DNA of 63,646 nt, the filler included, from Globobulimina sp. (Eukaryota), in the NCBI GenBank assembly GCA_003354225.1. It is 37 parts of 37 records of this genome, joined end to end, with 100 filler letters (N's around TTAATTAATTAA, not from the genome) between each part and the next. Parts side by side here need not be neighbours in the genome. Positions count along the whole stretch, not along the records: positions 62,026 to 63,646 come from PIVH01014001.1; 36 more parts are not named here. The stretch is one strand, 5' to 3'. Positions 62,653-63,646 of the stretch are shown here, one piece after another. Position 1 is the stretch's first letter, and the number at the start of each line of letters is the position of its first letter. The notes under the pieces were generated by a model. That model was given only the letters and a program-made list of their open reading frames with translations, was not told the DNA's origin and did not search any database. A program made the translations under genes and the position numbers.

Positions 62653-63538
62653 ATCGCCGGCGAGTATAAATTTTGTTATATTTTTCGAAGGATGTTATAA
62701 AGGTAATCAATATCAAGTGAACTCGTGGGAAATGTCAGTATTAATCAGTATGAGAACAACAGATAAAGTGTTACGTTTCCGAGGCAGAGATAAAATATAT
62801 GTTATTGGTATTGGGTTGGATGAAGATACTTATATGAAACGAAAAAAATTTGGATATATTAATATAGATAAATTTAAAAAAGATAAAGAAAAAAAGGAAA
62901 AAAAAAGAAATTTGAAAGGAAATACTCATTTAAGAGGGCCACAAATATTTATATCAGTTATTGAACAAAAATGTGATGAAAATAATTATTTAGAATTTAG
63001 TGATTATACACGGGATGATTTGGGGTACTCTGAATACACGAAAATAATGAAGCAATTTTATTTAAACAATGGATCAATAAATTCATTGGATGATAATTCA
63101 TTTAATTTGGAATTCTGCTCATTTTCAGTTAAACAAAATGGTAAAATATCAGAGAAAATACGAGGTTTGGTAGCATCTCGCGGTCGAAGCAGATTTAAAC
63201 GAATTAGACACGCTCTCACTGTGCAAACAGCAAATCGCATAACAATAAAAGTTAAATTAAACATTGAATATGATACACAACATAAAAAAATTAAAATTCT
63301 GTGTGAAAATAGACGAATTGCAATGGATATTGCAAATTCAACATACGGTGATTATTATGACAAGATATCTATAAATAATTTAATTATCGATTATTTGCAT
63401 GTAAGTAATAATTTGGCGAAGTATGATCGCCATTTATTTTTATCAATCATTATAAATAAAATTAAAAATGTTAGAGTGTCATTTATGTTAGAGTGTCATT
63501 TATGTGAATATCTGACTTCCAGGTTTTTCAGCAACTAA
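62653..63538 (+). CDS. Hypothetical protein, last exon of a multi-exon gene (upstream exons near 62026-62180 and 62318-62531)
   Basis: Long ORF preceded by GTTTGT...TTACAG intron-like sequence. Confidence 0.45.
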
Positions 63539-63646
63539 CTCACATCTTTTCTTCATACTATTTGCCAAATTTTATAAGATATGAACAGGAATCTTGCCTC
63601 ATTCTTGCTCAATTTTTCTTTGAATTGCTTTGATTGTGCAGAATCC

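Overview
This window is not one locus. It is 37 unrelated short contigs, length-sorted from 1624 to 1621 nt and joined by artificial 100-nt spacers (44 N + TTAATTAATTAA + 44 N). Most DNA is from an AT-rich eukaryote with short GT-AG introns and the standard code, most likely a foraminiferan: one snoRNA guide is complementary to AAGCCAUGCAAGUGG, which I recall as the foraminiferal 18S variant. Several contigs are chimeras with bacterial fragments, as expected from whole-genome amplification. The best finding is contig 8621-10244 (minus strand), a non-coding multi-exon host gene whose five GTATGT...AG introns each hold one box C/D snoRNA. Two guides predict the conserved 18S Am28 and Am974 sites by the D+5 rule. 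Other highlights: an intron-split cytochrome b5-hemerythrin fusion, a host-like Zn-finger-GGDEF protein with one in-frame TAG, a Polinton/adintovirus-like PolB, a degenerate dynein AAA1-UBA fusion, a circular 1.5 kb contig, and a motif about 100 nt downstream of three unrelated stop codons. All family calls come from motif recognition by eye; no database searches were run.
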